Of a DNA stretch of 29,059 nt, positions 8,547 through 16,087 are shown one piece after another. The stretch's first letter is position 1. The number at the start of each line of letters is the position of its first letter. Origin of the DNA: a virus (taxonomy: Duplodnaviria > Caudoviricetes); IMG/VR virus record IMGVR_UViG_3300032260_000017, positions 1 to 29,059 of that record; one strand, written 5' to 3'. The notes beneath the pieces are model-generated. The model did not search any database, had not been told where the DNA came from, and saw only the letters and a program-made list of their open reading frames with translations. The position numbers and the translations under genes are program-made.

Positions 8547-9154
8547 CCCCCCTCCGAATCACCCTCCCCCTGGATCCCGGATCCCAGAGCCGCCCGCGGG
8601 CCTCGCTCATGGTGCGGAATGAGGACCTCCGCTCCGCCATCCTCCCCGGCTGGCGCGTTCGTGAGCTCGGCCGCGTGGTGGCCGCCGTTCGGCGGGTGTG
8701 CGCTGGCGCCATCCACATCACCGAGGGCCGGGATTCCCCCGCCGCGAAATGGAAGGGGGGCGCCCAGATGCTCCTCCGCGCGGCGCTCGCCCGGAAGGGC
8801 TACCAGCGCCCCGAGGCGGGCGTCCCCCTCGAGGTGTGGCTCTGGTTCTATTGGCCGTGGGCGAAATCCCACCACCGCAAGCGGACCCCGAAGCCCCTCG
8901 AGCTCCGCGCCCGCAAGCCGGACGGGGACAATGTGGAGAAGGCCGTCCTGGACGCCTGTTCCGGGCTCCTCTGGGAGGATGACAACCAGGTGAGCGTGGC
9001 CCATTGGGCGAAGCTCATGGCCCCCCAGGGCGAGCGTGGCCGCGTGGTGATCCAGGTGGCCGAGGCCCGCCCCGCGATGGAGTACGAACCCGCGAGGGAC
9101 TCGAGCTCCGGCCGATGGATCCCCGGCCTCGAGACCGTGAGCGCCGGACGATGA
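8543..9154 (+). CDS. rusA: RusA-family Holliday junction resolvase
   Basis: SQSRPR near the N-terminus; KPDGDNVEKAVLDACSGLLWEDDNQV catalytic motif. Confidence 0.9.
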   Translation: MTPLRITLPLDPGSQSRPRASLMVRNEDLRSAILPGWRVRELGRVVAAVRRVCAGAIHITEGRDSPAAKWKGGAQMLLRAALARKGYQRPEAGVPLEVWLWFYWPWAKSHHRKRTPKPLELRARKPDGDNVEKAVLDACSGLLWEDDNQVSVAHWAKLMAPQGERGRVVIQVAEARPAMEYEPARDSSSGRWIPGLETVSAGR

Positions 9155-9414
9155 GCTCGGACCAGGACAAGGCCGCCAAGGTGCGGGAGGGGACGCTCAC
9201 GATGGTCCAGGGGATGCGCGGACTCCGCCACGGATGGGAGCGCCTCCAGGAGGGCGCGCGGATCATCGCGGAGGTGGAGCCCCAGGCCGTGGCCCAGGCG
9301 ATGGAGATGGCCGCGGCGCTCTCCCCGATCATGGCCCAGCTCGGGCTGGCCATCGATCTCGCGGAGACCACCCTCCGGGCGATGGACCAGGACCAGGAAG
9401 GCGGCGGAGCATGA
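9151..9414 (+). CDS. Hypothetical helical protein (87 aa)
   Basis: ATGA coupling at both ends; typical codon bias. Confidence 0.65.
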   Translation: MSSDQDKAAKVREGTLTMVQGMRGLRHGWERLQEGARIIAEVEPQAVAQAMEMAAALSPIMAQLGLAIDLAETTLRAMDQDQEGGGA

Positions 9415-9716
9415 GGCGCGGAACGGTGATCTCGAGGCTCGCCCACCTGGGCGTGAGGACGTTCCGCGAGCTCGAGGGGATGGAGGTTCAGCTCCGCGAG
9501 GACATCGGCACCAGCGGCGGGGACCTGTTCCACAAGGGGACCGTGATGAGGGTCTCGAGCACCTCGGGCGGGTTCCTCCACCTCTGGCTCGAGAGCTCGG
9601 GGACCGGGATCCGGAAATCCCGAGGCGTCCGGAACGTGCGCCCGAAGCTGGTGGAGCCGGTGGTGGAGCCGGACCTCGAGACACCCGATGTAGACTCCGG
9701 AAGCGGAGAGGCGTAG
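9411..9716 (+). CDS. Hypothetical protein (101 aa)
   Basis: ATGA coupling; typical codon bias. Confidence 0.65.
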   Translation: MRRGTVISRLAHLGVRTFRELEGMEVQLREDIGTSGGDLFHKGTVMRVSSTSGGFLHLWLESSGTGIRKSRGVRNVRPKLVEPVVEPDLETPDVDSGSGEA

Positions 9717-9748
9717 AACAGAGCGCCCACGGGCGAGGGAGCGGCGGC

Positions 9749-10822
9749 ATGGCACACCAGACGGGAATCGATCTCCGATTGAACACGGGATGGGTTCGGC
9801 ACCTGAAAACGCGGAAGCTCATCCGGACGCTAGGCCACCGGGGAGCCTTCGCCCTCCTGGAGCTCTGGAGCTACGCCGCGGAGAACCACCCGGACGGGAT
9901 CCTCGAGGGGATGGAGCCGCTCGAGATCGAGGACGCGGCCGGATGGGATGGCGAGGCCGGGACGCTCCACGCGGCCCTCCTCCCGAAGGCCCAGGGCGGG
10001 TGCGGGTGGCTCGAGGAGGACGGGATCTCCCTCCACGATTGGGACGATCACCAGGAATGGCTCATGGGGGCCAGCGCCAGGAGCGCCGCCGCGAAGGTGG
10101 GCGCCCGCGCGAAATGGATGAGGAAGGCGGGGCTGGATCCCTCGAACCCGGACCACGTGAAGCGGTACGAAGCCCAGAGGAGGCGCCGCACATCCGCCCC
10201 GCAAAGCTCCCCGCATAGCGGGCCGCATAGCGAACCGCATGAGGAGCCGCAAAGCGAACCGCAGGAAACACCATCCGCCCCCGATGCCCCCTCTCCCTCT
10301 CCCACCCCCTCTCCCGATCCCTCTCCCCCTCCGCCCGCCTCCGCTCCGGATCTGGAGGAGGAGGGGGGCGTGGATCTCTCTCTCATCCAGAGCCTCGGCG
10401 CGGCCATCCGCTGGCATGGGGACGCCCGCCTCCTGGGCGTGGTGGTGACCGATCTCGGAGCCGCGGGGATTGATCTGGGATGGCTCCGCGGGTGGCTCGA
10501 GGAGACCTCCACCGTGGAGCGCCTGGTGGGGATGCTCCCGTTCGATGCCCGGAACGTGATCCTCGAGGAGGGCCGCCAGCGGCCGAACGCGGAACCGGAG
10601 CCCCCGGTGTGCGCCGCGTGCCTCGCCCACGGCGGGATCGTGGATCCCTACTCGAAAGCCCGCTCCGTCTACTTCGCCCACGTGGGGCCGGGGACCGATG
10701 ACCCCTCCGGCGCTGGCGTGCCCCTTTGCATCCCGCACCGAAACGCCTACGGCGCTCCGTGCATGGATCCCGATTGGAATCCCGAACCCCTACCTCCGCC
10801 CCCCGAGGAGCCCTCCCGATGA
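9749..10822 (+). CDS. Phage replication initiator (N-terminal wHTH-like domain, internal repeats, Pro-rich linker, Cys/His C-terminus)
   Basis: H-x-KTRKLIR.LG..G...LLELWSYAA...G..I.LHDW.DHQ is typical of phage replisome-organizer N-domains, followed by an iteron-like array and a PSPSP linker. Confidence 0.75.
   Translation: MAHQTGIDLRLNTGWVRHLKTRKLIRTLGHRGAFALLELWSYAAENHPDGILEGMEPLEIEDAAGWDGEAGTLHAALLPKAQGGCGWLEEDGISLHDWDDHQEWLMGASARSAAAKVGARAKWMRKAGLDPSNPDHVKRYEAQRRRRTSAPQSSPHSGPHSEPHEEPQSEPQETPSAPDAPSPSPTPSPDPSPPPPASAPDLEEEGGVDLSLIQSLGAAIRWHGDARLLGVVVTDLGAAGIDLGWLRGWLEETSTVERLVGMLPFDARNVILEEGRQRPNAEPEPPVCAACLAHGGIVDPYSKARSVYFAHVGPGTDDPSGAGVPLCIPHRNAYGAPCMDPDWNPEPLPPPPEEPSR
10199..10270 (+). 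repeat. Six tandem 12-bp iteron-like repeats with a CCGCA core; putative replication origin
   Basis: ccgcaaagctcc, ccgcatagcggg, ccgcatagcgaa, ccgcatgaggag, ccgcaaagcgaa, ccgcaggaaaca, inside the initiator gene. Confidence 0.75.
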
Positions 10823-11328
10823 CAGAACCCACCCAGATCCAGATCCTCGAGCAAGCCCTGGAGGCGAAGCTCCAAGCCCTCGAGCTCGATGGCTCCTCCG
10901 TGGTGATCGCCCGCCTGGTGCGGGATCCCGAGGCCAGCCCCGAGCACTACGGGGAGCGAGCCGCGGGCGTGATGCGCGCCCTCGCCCACGCCATCCGGGA
11001 GACCGGCTCGGACGTGCCCCCGATCCTGGTCACGGACCAGACCATCGCCATCCAGCTCGAGCCGAACCACCACCTCCTCCTCCGGGATCTCCACGCCCAC
11101 CTCGAGCGCCACCGCGTCAAGGATGACCCGGACGCTCTGGTCCTCTGGTCCAGGGAGCTCTCCGACCGGCTCCTCCAGGCCTTCGCCCCCCAGACCGAGG
11201 CCGCCCCGGATCCCCAGGTGGCCGAGCGTGACGCGGAGGAGCTGGGGAAGGGATCGGACCCGAAGCTCCCCACGGACGATCCCGAGCCGCGCGGTGGTTC
11301 GCGCGCCGATGGGCCGCTCCTCCGATGA
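10819..11328 (+). CDS. Hypothetical protein (169 aa)
   Basis: GAGGAG SD and ATGA coupling. Confidence 0.7.
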   Translation: MTEPTQIQILEQALEAKLQALELDGSSVVIARLVRDPEASPEHYGERAAGVMRALAHAIRETGSDVPPILVTDQTIAIQLEPNHHLLLRDLHAHLERHRVKDDPDALVLWSRELSDRLLQAFAPQTEAAPDPQVAERDAEELGKGSDPKLPTDDPEPRGGSRADGPLLR

Positions 11329-11528
11329 GGCGCCACGCGCGCCTGGTCCACGCTCTCGGCGGAGAGCCGGACCCGCTCCTCGATCAGATGATCCAGGCCA
11401 CCGAGCTCCGCCGAGCTGGCCGCCCGATCTCCGGGCTCCCCGAGCGCCCCGCGTGCTCGGAGTGCCACACCATTCCACCGAACCCGCACCTGGAAGGGTG
11501 CCCCCACCGCCGAGGAGGACCACGATGA
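11325..11528 (+). CDS. Small hypothetical protein with CSECH...HLEGC motif
   Basis: ATGA coupling at both ends; Cys/His cluster. Confidence 0.6.
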   Translation: MRRHARLVHALGGEPDPLLDQMIQATELRRAGRPISGLPERPACSECHTIPPNPHLEGCPHRRGGPR

Positions 11529-11818
11529 CCACCCCCCAGAACCCGAAGCCGATGAGCATGGAGGACCGCGCCACCGGGCTCCTCATGGAGGCCCTCGGCC
11601 TCGAGGAGGTTCCCGCGCGCCTCTCCGCCCAGGCCATCCTCGAGCTCCGCGCCGCCGCGGGGTGGGACACGATCACCGAGGACGGCCTCACCGAGCGCCT
11701 CGAGCTCCCCCGCTTGGGATGGCTCTACCGGACGCTGGGGTGGAGCGCCACCACCGCGGACCTCTCCGGATCCGAGGCCCTCACGTTCGTCCCCGATCCG
11801 AAAGGGCTCCTCCGGTGA
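11525..11818 (+). CDS. Hypothetical protein (97 aa)
   Basis: GAGGAGG SD and ATGA coupling. Confidence 0.7.
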   Translation: MTTPQNPKPMSMEDRATGLLMEALGLEEVPARLSAQAILELRAAAGWDTITEDGLTERLELPRLGWLYRTLGWSATTADLSGSEALTFVPDPKGLLR

Positions 11819-12003
11819 AGCTCACCGAAGCCCAGCGGAGGCTCCTCCATCGGACGCGCGCCCGCGGATCGAACGGGTGGCCCCTCGGCGGACCAGACAC
11901 CAGGCCCGCCCAGACCCTCATCCGGCTCGGCCTCGCATGGCGGAGGACCGGCCCACGTCCCACCCTGTTCCTCACCAGGACGGGGAAGGCGGCCACCCGA
12001 TGA
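11815..12003 (+). CDS. Small basic wHTH-like protein (62 aa)
   Basis: KLTEAQRRLL...TLIRLGLA...LTRTGKAA pattern; GTGA and ATGA coupling. Confidence 0.6.
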   Translation: MKLTEAQRRLLHRTRARGSNGWPLGGPDTRPAQTLIRLGLAWRRTGPRPTLFLTRTGKAATR

Positions 12004-12359
12004 GCCTCACCCACCAGGAGGAGCACGCCATCCACCTCGCGGTGGTCCAGCTCTGGCGTGGGTTCGATTCCCGCCAGGACAAACGGCGCGCGGGGACAAT
12101 GCTCCGCGATGAGCGGGCCGCGTTCCGGGTCTACTTCGAGAGCCTCTCCACGTGGATCGGTGACCGGGAAGCCCAGGAGGAGGCCGCGGAGGCTCGCGCC
12201 GTGGAGCTCCTCGGGGAGGAGAACCTGGCCACCATCCGGAGGCTCGGGGCGGCCACCCAGAGGAAGCTCCAGGAGGGAATCCTCCAGCTCATCCAGGAGG
12301 AGACTCCGATCCTCGAGCTCATGGAGGCCGAGACTCCGAAACAGGACACCCTCCGATGA
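12000..12359 (+). CDS. Hypothetical protein (119 aa)
   Basis: ATGA coupling; typical codon bias. Confidence 0.65.
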   Translation: MSLTHQEEHAIHLAVVQLWRGFDSRQDKRRAGTMLRDERAAFRVYFESLSTWIGDREAQEEAAEARAVELLGEENLATIRRLGAATQRKLQEGILQLIQEETPILELMEAETPKQDTLR

Positions 12360-12368
12360 GGTGCCGCG

Positions 12369-12378
12369 GGAGTAGGCT
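12369..12378 (+). promoter_or_regulatory. GGAGTAGGCT -10-like motif
   Basis: Intergenic; identical to the 10-mer at 18406-18415. Confidence 0.45.
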
Positions 12379-12444
12379 GGGCCGCTCGCCCGATGCCCCC
12401 CCGATGCGGGGGGCTTGGGGGGCGGGGCGTCCAGGAGGAGCGGC

Positions 12445-12648
12445 ATGGCGGCCAAGCCCAGAACGTGCGGCACCTGTTCCCATTGGGACGCGGTGGCCGG
12501 GGACGGCCTCGGCCGATGCACCCGCCTCCCGCCTCGAGGCCCCGATCCTCGGGACATCACGCGCCCGCCGCCCGAGACTCTCCTCCCGGCCTTCGCCTTC
12601 CCGATCACCCCGCGCGAGCTCAAGGGATGCGGGGAACACAAGCGGTAG
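12445..12648 (+). CDS. Small Cys-rich protein (CGTCSHW...GRC...GCGEH)
   Basis: AGGAGG SD; four-Cys pattern common in small phage metal-binding proteins. Confidence 0.75.
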   Translation: MAAKPRTCGTCSHWDAVAGDGLGRCTRLPPRGPDPRDITRPPPETLLPAFAFPITPRELKGCGEHKR

Positions 12649-12657
12649 AGGTGGCCG

Positions 12658-13047
12658 ATGAGCCGCCTCGAGGACCAGGCCCGCCGAGACCTGGAGGAGC
12701 GCATCGGCCGTGAGCTGGCGGAGGCGATGATCCCGGTGGAGCCCGCCCCCGAGGGGTTCCGCTTCGAGACCGTGGGGCCGCCGCTGAACCAGGCCACCAC
12801 CGGGGACGTGACGCTCGAGGGGCTCCAGGCGCTCATGGAGGAGCTCCCGCCGCCTGGGGATCCGGTGGTCCGCGTGGAGTGCGGGAGCCTCGCGGCCGTC
12901 CGTGCCGCGTGCGCCGAGCGGTATCCCCCCGAGCTCACCGGGGGCGTGATCCCCCTGTTCGGGTTCGTGCCCATCCACCAGGTGGCCGATCTCGGACCAG
13001 GCCAGCTCCGCGCCGTTCACGCCTCGGGCCTCGAGGTGATCCTGTGA
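12658..13047 (+). CDS. Hypothetical protein (129 aa)
   Basis: GAGG SD; typical codon bias. Confidence 0.7.
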   Translation: MSRLEDQARRDLEERIGRELAEAMIPVEPAPEGFRFETVGPPLNQATTGDVTLEGLQALMEELPPPGDPVVRVECGSLAAVRAACAERYPPELTGGVIPLFGFVPIHQVADLGPGQLRAVHASGLEVIL

Positions 13048-13262
13048 CCCCGGCCGGGAAGCTGGTCCAGGTGCTCCAGCGGGAGGGCGTCCGGCTCTGG
13101 CGTGAGGGGATCGCCCTCGAGGAGCTGGCCCGAGCGGAGACCCCGCCCACCCTCGAGGAGCTCGAGGGGCTGGCCGCCACCTACACCGAGGAGGCCCTGG
13201 CGTTCGCCTCCCTCCTGGAGGAGCTCCAGCTCGAGCGTGGCGCGCGCGTGCCCCAGGCGTAG
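13044..13262 (+). CDS. Hypothetical acidic helical protein (72 aa)
   Basis: GTGA coupling; typical codon bias. Confidence 0.6.
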   Translation: MTPAGKLVQVLQREGVRLWREGIALEELARAETPPTLEELEGLAATYTEEALAFASLLEELQLERGARVPQA

Positions 13263-13265
13263 GAT
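13256..13265 (+). promoter_or_regulatory. GGCGTAGGAT promoter motif (TAGGAT -10), copy 1
   Basis: The exact 10-mer recurs at 14084, 14853 and 21870, always just upstream of a gene start. Confidence 0.55.
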
Positions 13266-13286
13266 GAGCCCGAACGGAGATCCGCG

Positions 13287-14060
13287 ATGGGCTGGCGCCA
13301 CCATGAGTATCTGGCCGAGGTAGCGGCGGGCATGGTCCCGAACCGCTCGATCATGGTGGGCCTGGGCGAGCGGGAGACAATGGCCACCACGGCCGCGGGT
13401 GAGGACCTCTGGCGCGGGAATGAGCTCTCGCCCGCCCCCACCTCCCACACCACGATCCCCACCCCGGACTCCGCTGGCGAGGCGATGAGCGTGGTCTCCG
13501 AGTCCGCGGACGATGCGGCGGGTGGGACCGGCGCCCGGTCCGTGATGATCCACTACCTGGACCCCCTGGGCGATGACCAGGCGGAGGTGGTGGAGATGAA
13601 CGGGACCACCCCCGTCCCGATCCCGGCCACGATCCGGTTCGTGAACGATGTCCACGTGATGACCGCGGGCGCGGGCCTGGTCACCGCTGGCCACATCAAG
13701 GTCCACCAGACGGCGGACGCGGGGCTGGTCTACCAGATGATCGCGGCGGGCGGGAACAAGAGCCTGGTTCCCCACCGCATGGTCCCGCGCGGCCACTACC
13801 TCACCGTCCACGCATGGCACGCGGAGGAGGCCCAGGCCCGGAGGTGCGCCATCCGGATCCGCTCCACCTCCATCCACGGGACGCTCCTCCCTGGGGTGTT
13901 CCTGTTCCTGGACACGGCCTATCTCAAACAGACCGCCACCGGCCACCTCGAGCTGGCGGCCATGATCCCCGAGCTCGCCATCCTCAAGGTGAGCGGGTGG
14001 GCGGATGCGAACGGGGCGGAGGCGTCCTGTGGATGGTTCGGGGTCCTGGTCAAGACGTAG
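13287..14060 (+). CDS. Beta-rich hypothetical protein, possibly virion-associated (257 aa)
   Basis: GGAG SD. VVSESADD..GGTGARSV.I.YLD...EVVEMNGTTPV resembles a recurrent phage protein family (from recall, not searched). Confidence 0.6.
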   Translation: MGWRHHEYLAEVAAGMVPNRSIMVGLGERETMATTAAGEDLWRGNELSPAPTSHTTIPTPDSAGEAMSVVSESADDAAGGTGARSVMIHYLDPLGDDQAEVVEMNGTTPVPIPATIRFVNDVHVMTAGAGLVTAGHIKVHQTADAGLVYQMIAAGGNKSLVPHRMVPRGHYLTVHAWHAEEAQARRCAIRIRSTSIHGTLLPGVFLFLDTAYLKQTATGHLELAAMIPELAILKVSGWADANGAEASCGWFGVLVKT

Positions 14061-14083
14061 ACCAGGCCGAGCGGGCGAGGGCG

Positions 14084-14093
14084 GGCGTAGGAT
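14084..14093 (+). promoter_or_regulatory. GGCGTAGGAT promoter motif, copy 2 (leaderless start at 14101)
   Basis: TAGGAT at 14088-14093, 7 nt before an ATG with no SD. Confidence 0.6.
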
Positions 14094-14100
14094 GGGGCCG

Positions 14101-14634
14101 ATGAGCTCCTCCAATGGCCACGCCTCGAACGGCCTGAACGGCGCCACCCCGAACGGCCGCACGTGCCGCGGGTGCCGGATGGAGCTCACCGGCCGAAAGC
14201 GGACGTGGTGCTCCCCGGAGTGCTCGAGCGGGAAGCGGCCCCCGGTGGTGGAGCCGGACGCCACCGAGCGGGATCCCCTCCGATGGCTCCCCGCCCATGA
14301 TGACGATCTGAAAACGGAGAGGCTCAAGCGGCAAGCCCTCGAGGCGTTCCTCAAGGCCGCCGAAGGCCGGAGCGTGGAGGTGGCCCTGGGCGTCCTCCTC
14401 GAGATGGCGGCCGCCGATGGGAAGCCGGACGGGGAAGGCCGGAAGCGGCCCCGCTACCACGCGCGGACGCGGCGGCTGGCGGCCGAGGCGATCCTCCGAG
14501 CCACGGCCCAGATGGTGACCGGGAAGGACACCGGAACCGCGGGCGCGGGAGAGAACCCGCTGGCGGGCCTCTCCATCGAGGATCTGGGATCGGCGCTCCT
14601 CAAGCGGCGGACAGAGCAATTCGGGCCGCGATGA
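14101..14634 (+). CDS. Putative terminase small subunit with N-terminal Zn finger
   Basis: CRGC...CSPEC, then helical ALGVLLEMA...TRRLAAEAILR...LAGLSIEDL reminiscent of TerS oligomerisation helices. Lies upstream of TerL. Confidence 0.45.
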   Translation: MSSSNGHASNGLNGATPNGRTCRGCRMELTGRKRTWCSPECSSGKRPPVVEPDATERDPLRWLPAHDDDLKTERLKRQALEAFLKAAEGRSVEVALGVLLEMAAADGKPDGEGRKRPRYHARTRRLAAEAILRATAQMVTGKDTGTAGAGENPLAGLSIEDLGSALLKRRTEQFGPR

Positions 14635-14864
14635 TCGCGCGCATCCCCGAGACCCTACGCCTCCAGGTGGAGCGGCTCGGCCTGGTGATCCGCACCGTGG
14701 AGCGTGAGCTCGAGCTGGCGCGCGGGGAGCTCGAGGCGGAGGAAACCCAGCGCCTCTCCCTGGCCCAGCTCCAGCTCGAGGCCGCGCGTGATGAGCTCCG
14801 CCTGGTGCTCGAGAACAGGCCGCCACGTGGATCTGGGGAACGTCCACCTCCAGGCGTAGGATGA
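14631..14864 (+). CDS. Small coiled-coil protein (77 aa)
   Basis: ATGA coupling; heptad-like L/E pattern. Confidence 0.6.
   Translation: MIARIPETLRLQVERLGLVIRTVERELELARGELEAEETQRLSLAQLQLEAARDELRLVLENRPPRGSGERPPPGVG
14853..14862 (+). promoter_or_regulatory. GGCGTAGGAT promoter motif, copy 3
   Basis: Exact repeat, about 80 nt upstream of ATG 14943. Confidence 0.5.
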
Positions 14865-14942
14865 CCGTCCGGCCACGGCGGAGGCCACCTCGAGGGAGGC
14901 CCGCTCGGCCCCGCTCCATCCCCCTCGAGGAGACCCCCCACG

Positions 14943-15386
14943 ATGTCCGAGCCCCGTATCTCGAAGGTTCACCACAATCCCACCTCCGGCCTGGTCACCA
15001 TCCAATTCCACCACGTGGAGAATGATGGCCAGGACACCATCGAGAGCACGCTCAAGAGCAAGGACGCCCCGCTCCCCGCGTTCCTCGAGGCGCTCGGCGC
15101 TCTCTCCCCGGTGATCGTCAAGCTGGCCGAGCTCCCCGAGGGCTACCTGGACACCGTTCGCGGGGTCTCCCTCCACCGAGATCCGGAGGAGCCCGAGACC
15201 TTCACCGTGACCTATTGCGGGACGAAGCGGGTGGCCGCTTCCCATTCCCCGATCATCGTGAACACCCCGAGCGTGGCGCCGCCCGAGGATGACGGGGAGG
15301 AGAACCTCATCCCGAACGTCCTCGAGGCCGCGAAGGACTACCTGGCCGGGAAGCGAGCCCAGGCGGACCTCGGCCTCGAGGGGTAA
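14943..15386 (+). CDS. Hypothetical phage protein (147 aa)
   Basis: GAGGAG SD; C-terminal YLAGKRAQ.DL motif; typical codon bias. Confidence 0.75.
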   Translation: MSEPRISKVHHNPTSGLVTIQFHHVENDGQDTIESTLKSKDAPLPAFLEALGALSPVIVKLAELPEGYLDTVRGVSLHRDPEEPETFTVTYCGTKRVAASHSPIIVNTPSVAPPEDDGEENLIPNVLEAAKDYLAGKRAQADLGLEG

Positions 15387-15467
15387 ATCCCCCCGAATCT
15401 CAAGCCGGATTCAAGCTCGAGCGTCCTCCTATGAGGGGGCGTTCGGGCGCCCCGGTACGGTGGGGCC

Positions 15468-15905
15468 ATGCCGCCGATCACCCTCGAACCCACCACCCCG
15501 AAGGCCGCCACGCGCCAGCTCCCCCTGGTGCGGTCCATCGTCCGGGACCTCCTGGATGGGTGGGAGCGCCTCAAGCTCGCGGGCCGGGGCCGCCGCCACC
15601 TGGAGGAGCTCCGCGGGAAGCTCGCGGCGGGGCCGATGGAGCGGAAGCTCCTCGAGGACGTGGACCAGCTCACCGCCCGGATGGAGCACTACCTGGGGGA
15701 GCTCGAGCGCCTCGGCGCCGATTGCCCGGACATCGCGGAGGGGATCGTGGTGTGGCTCTGGAGAGCGCCCTGGGCTCTGGTCTGGATCGTCTGGGATCCC
15801 GAACGCTCGAAGGTGGACACCTGGTGTGCCATCACCGAGGAGCGGGTCCCGGACCTCGAGAACCGTCACCCCATCCCGAACCTCCTGGAGGACCGAACCC
15901 GATGA
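15468..15905 (+). CDS. Divergent DUF2203-like protein
   Basis: T...A.RQLPLVRSIVRDL, coiled coil, ELERLG...DIAEGIV.W...VWIVW.P....V..W...R.PI follows the DUF2203 layout. Leaderless: TACGGT 6 nt before ATG. Confidence 0.55.
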   Translation: MPPITLEPTTPKAATRQLPLVRSIVRDLLDGWERLKLAGRGRRHLEELRGKLAAGPMERKLLEDVDQLTARMEHYLGELERLGADCPDIAEGIVVWLWRAPWALVWIVWDPERSKVDTWCAITEERVPDLENRHPIPNLLEDRTR

Positions 15906-16087
15906 ACCCCACCATCCAGATCACGTGCGGCCTGGTCCTCATGGCGCTCGGCGCCCTGGTGGCGATGTGCCGCGAGGGTCCGAGCTCGAGGCCCCTCGCC
16001 ATCCGGCTCGCCATCGTGGACGTGGCCACCAGCTCCACCGGGTGCTGGTTCCTGGTGAGCGGCCTCTGGTGCTGGATCATGGGGTAG
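15902..16087 (+). CDS. Small membrane protein with two hydrophobic segments (61 aa)
   Basis: GGAGG SD, ATGA coupling, two hydrophobic stretches. Confidence 0.6.
   Translation: MNPTIQITCGLVLMALGALVAMCREGPSSRPLAIRLAIVDVATSSTGCWFLVSGLWCWIMG

Noticed and set aside
10199-10270. Repeat array as a possible CRISPR or mini-array
   Set aside because: It has a 12-bp period with no spacers and is in frame inside a coding gene; iterons fit better.
12395-12414. gcccccc/ggggggc hairpin as a terminator
   Set aside because: The stem is homopolymeric with only TT after it, and it lies just downstream of a putative -10, so it is ambiguous.
15902-16087. Small membrane protein as a holin
   Set aside because: No endolysin or spanin is recognisable nearby, so it is left as an unassigned membrane protein.
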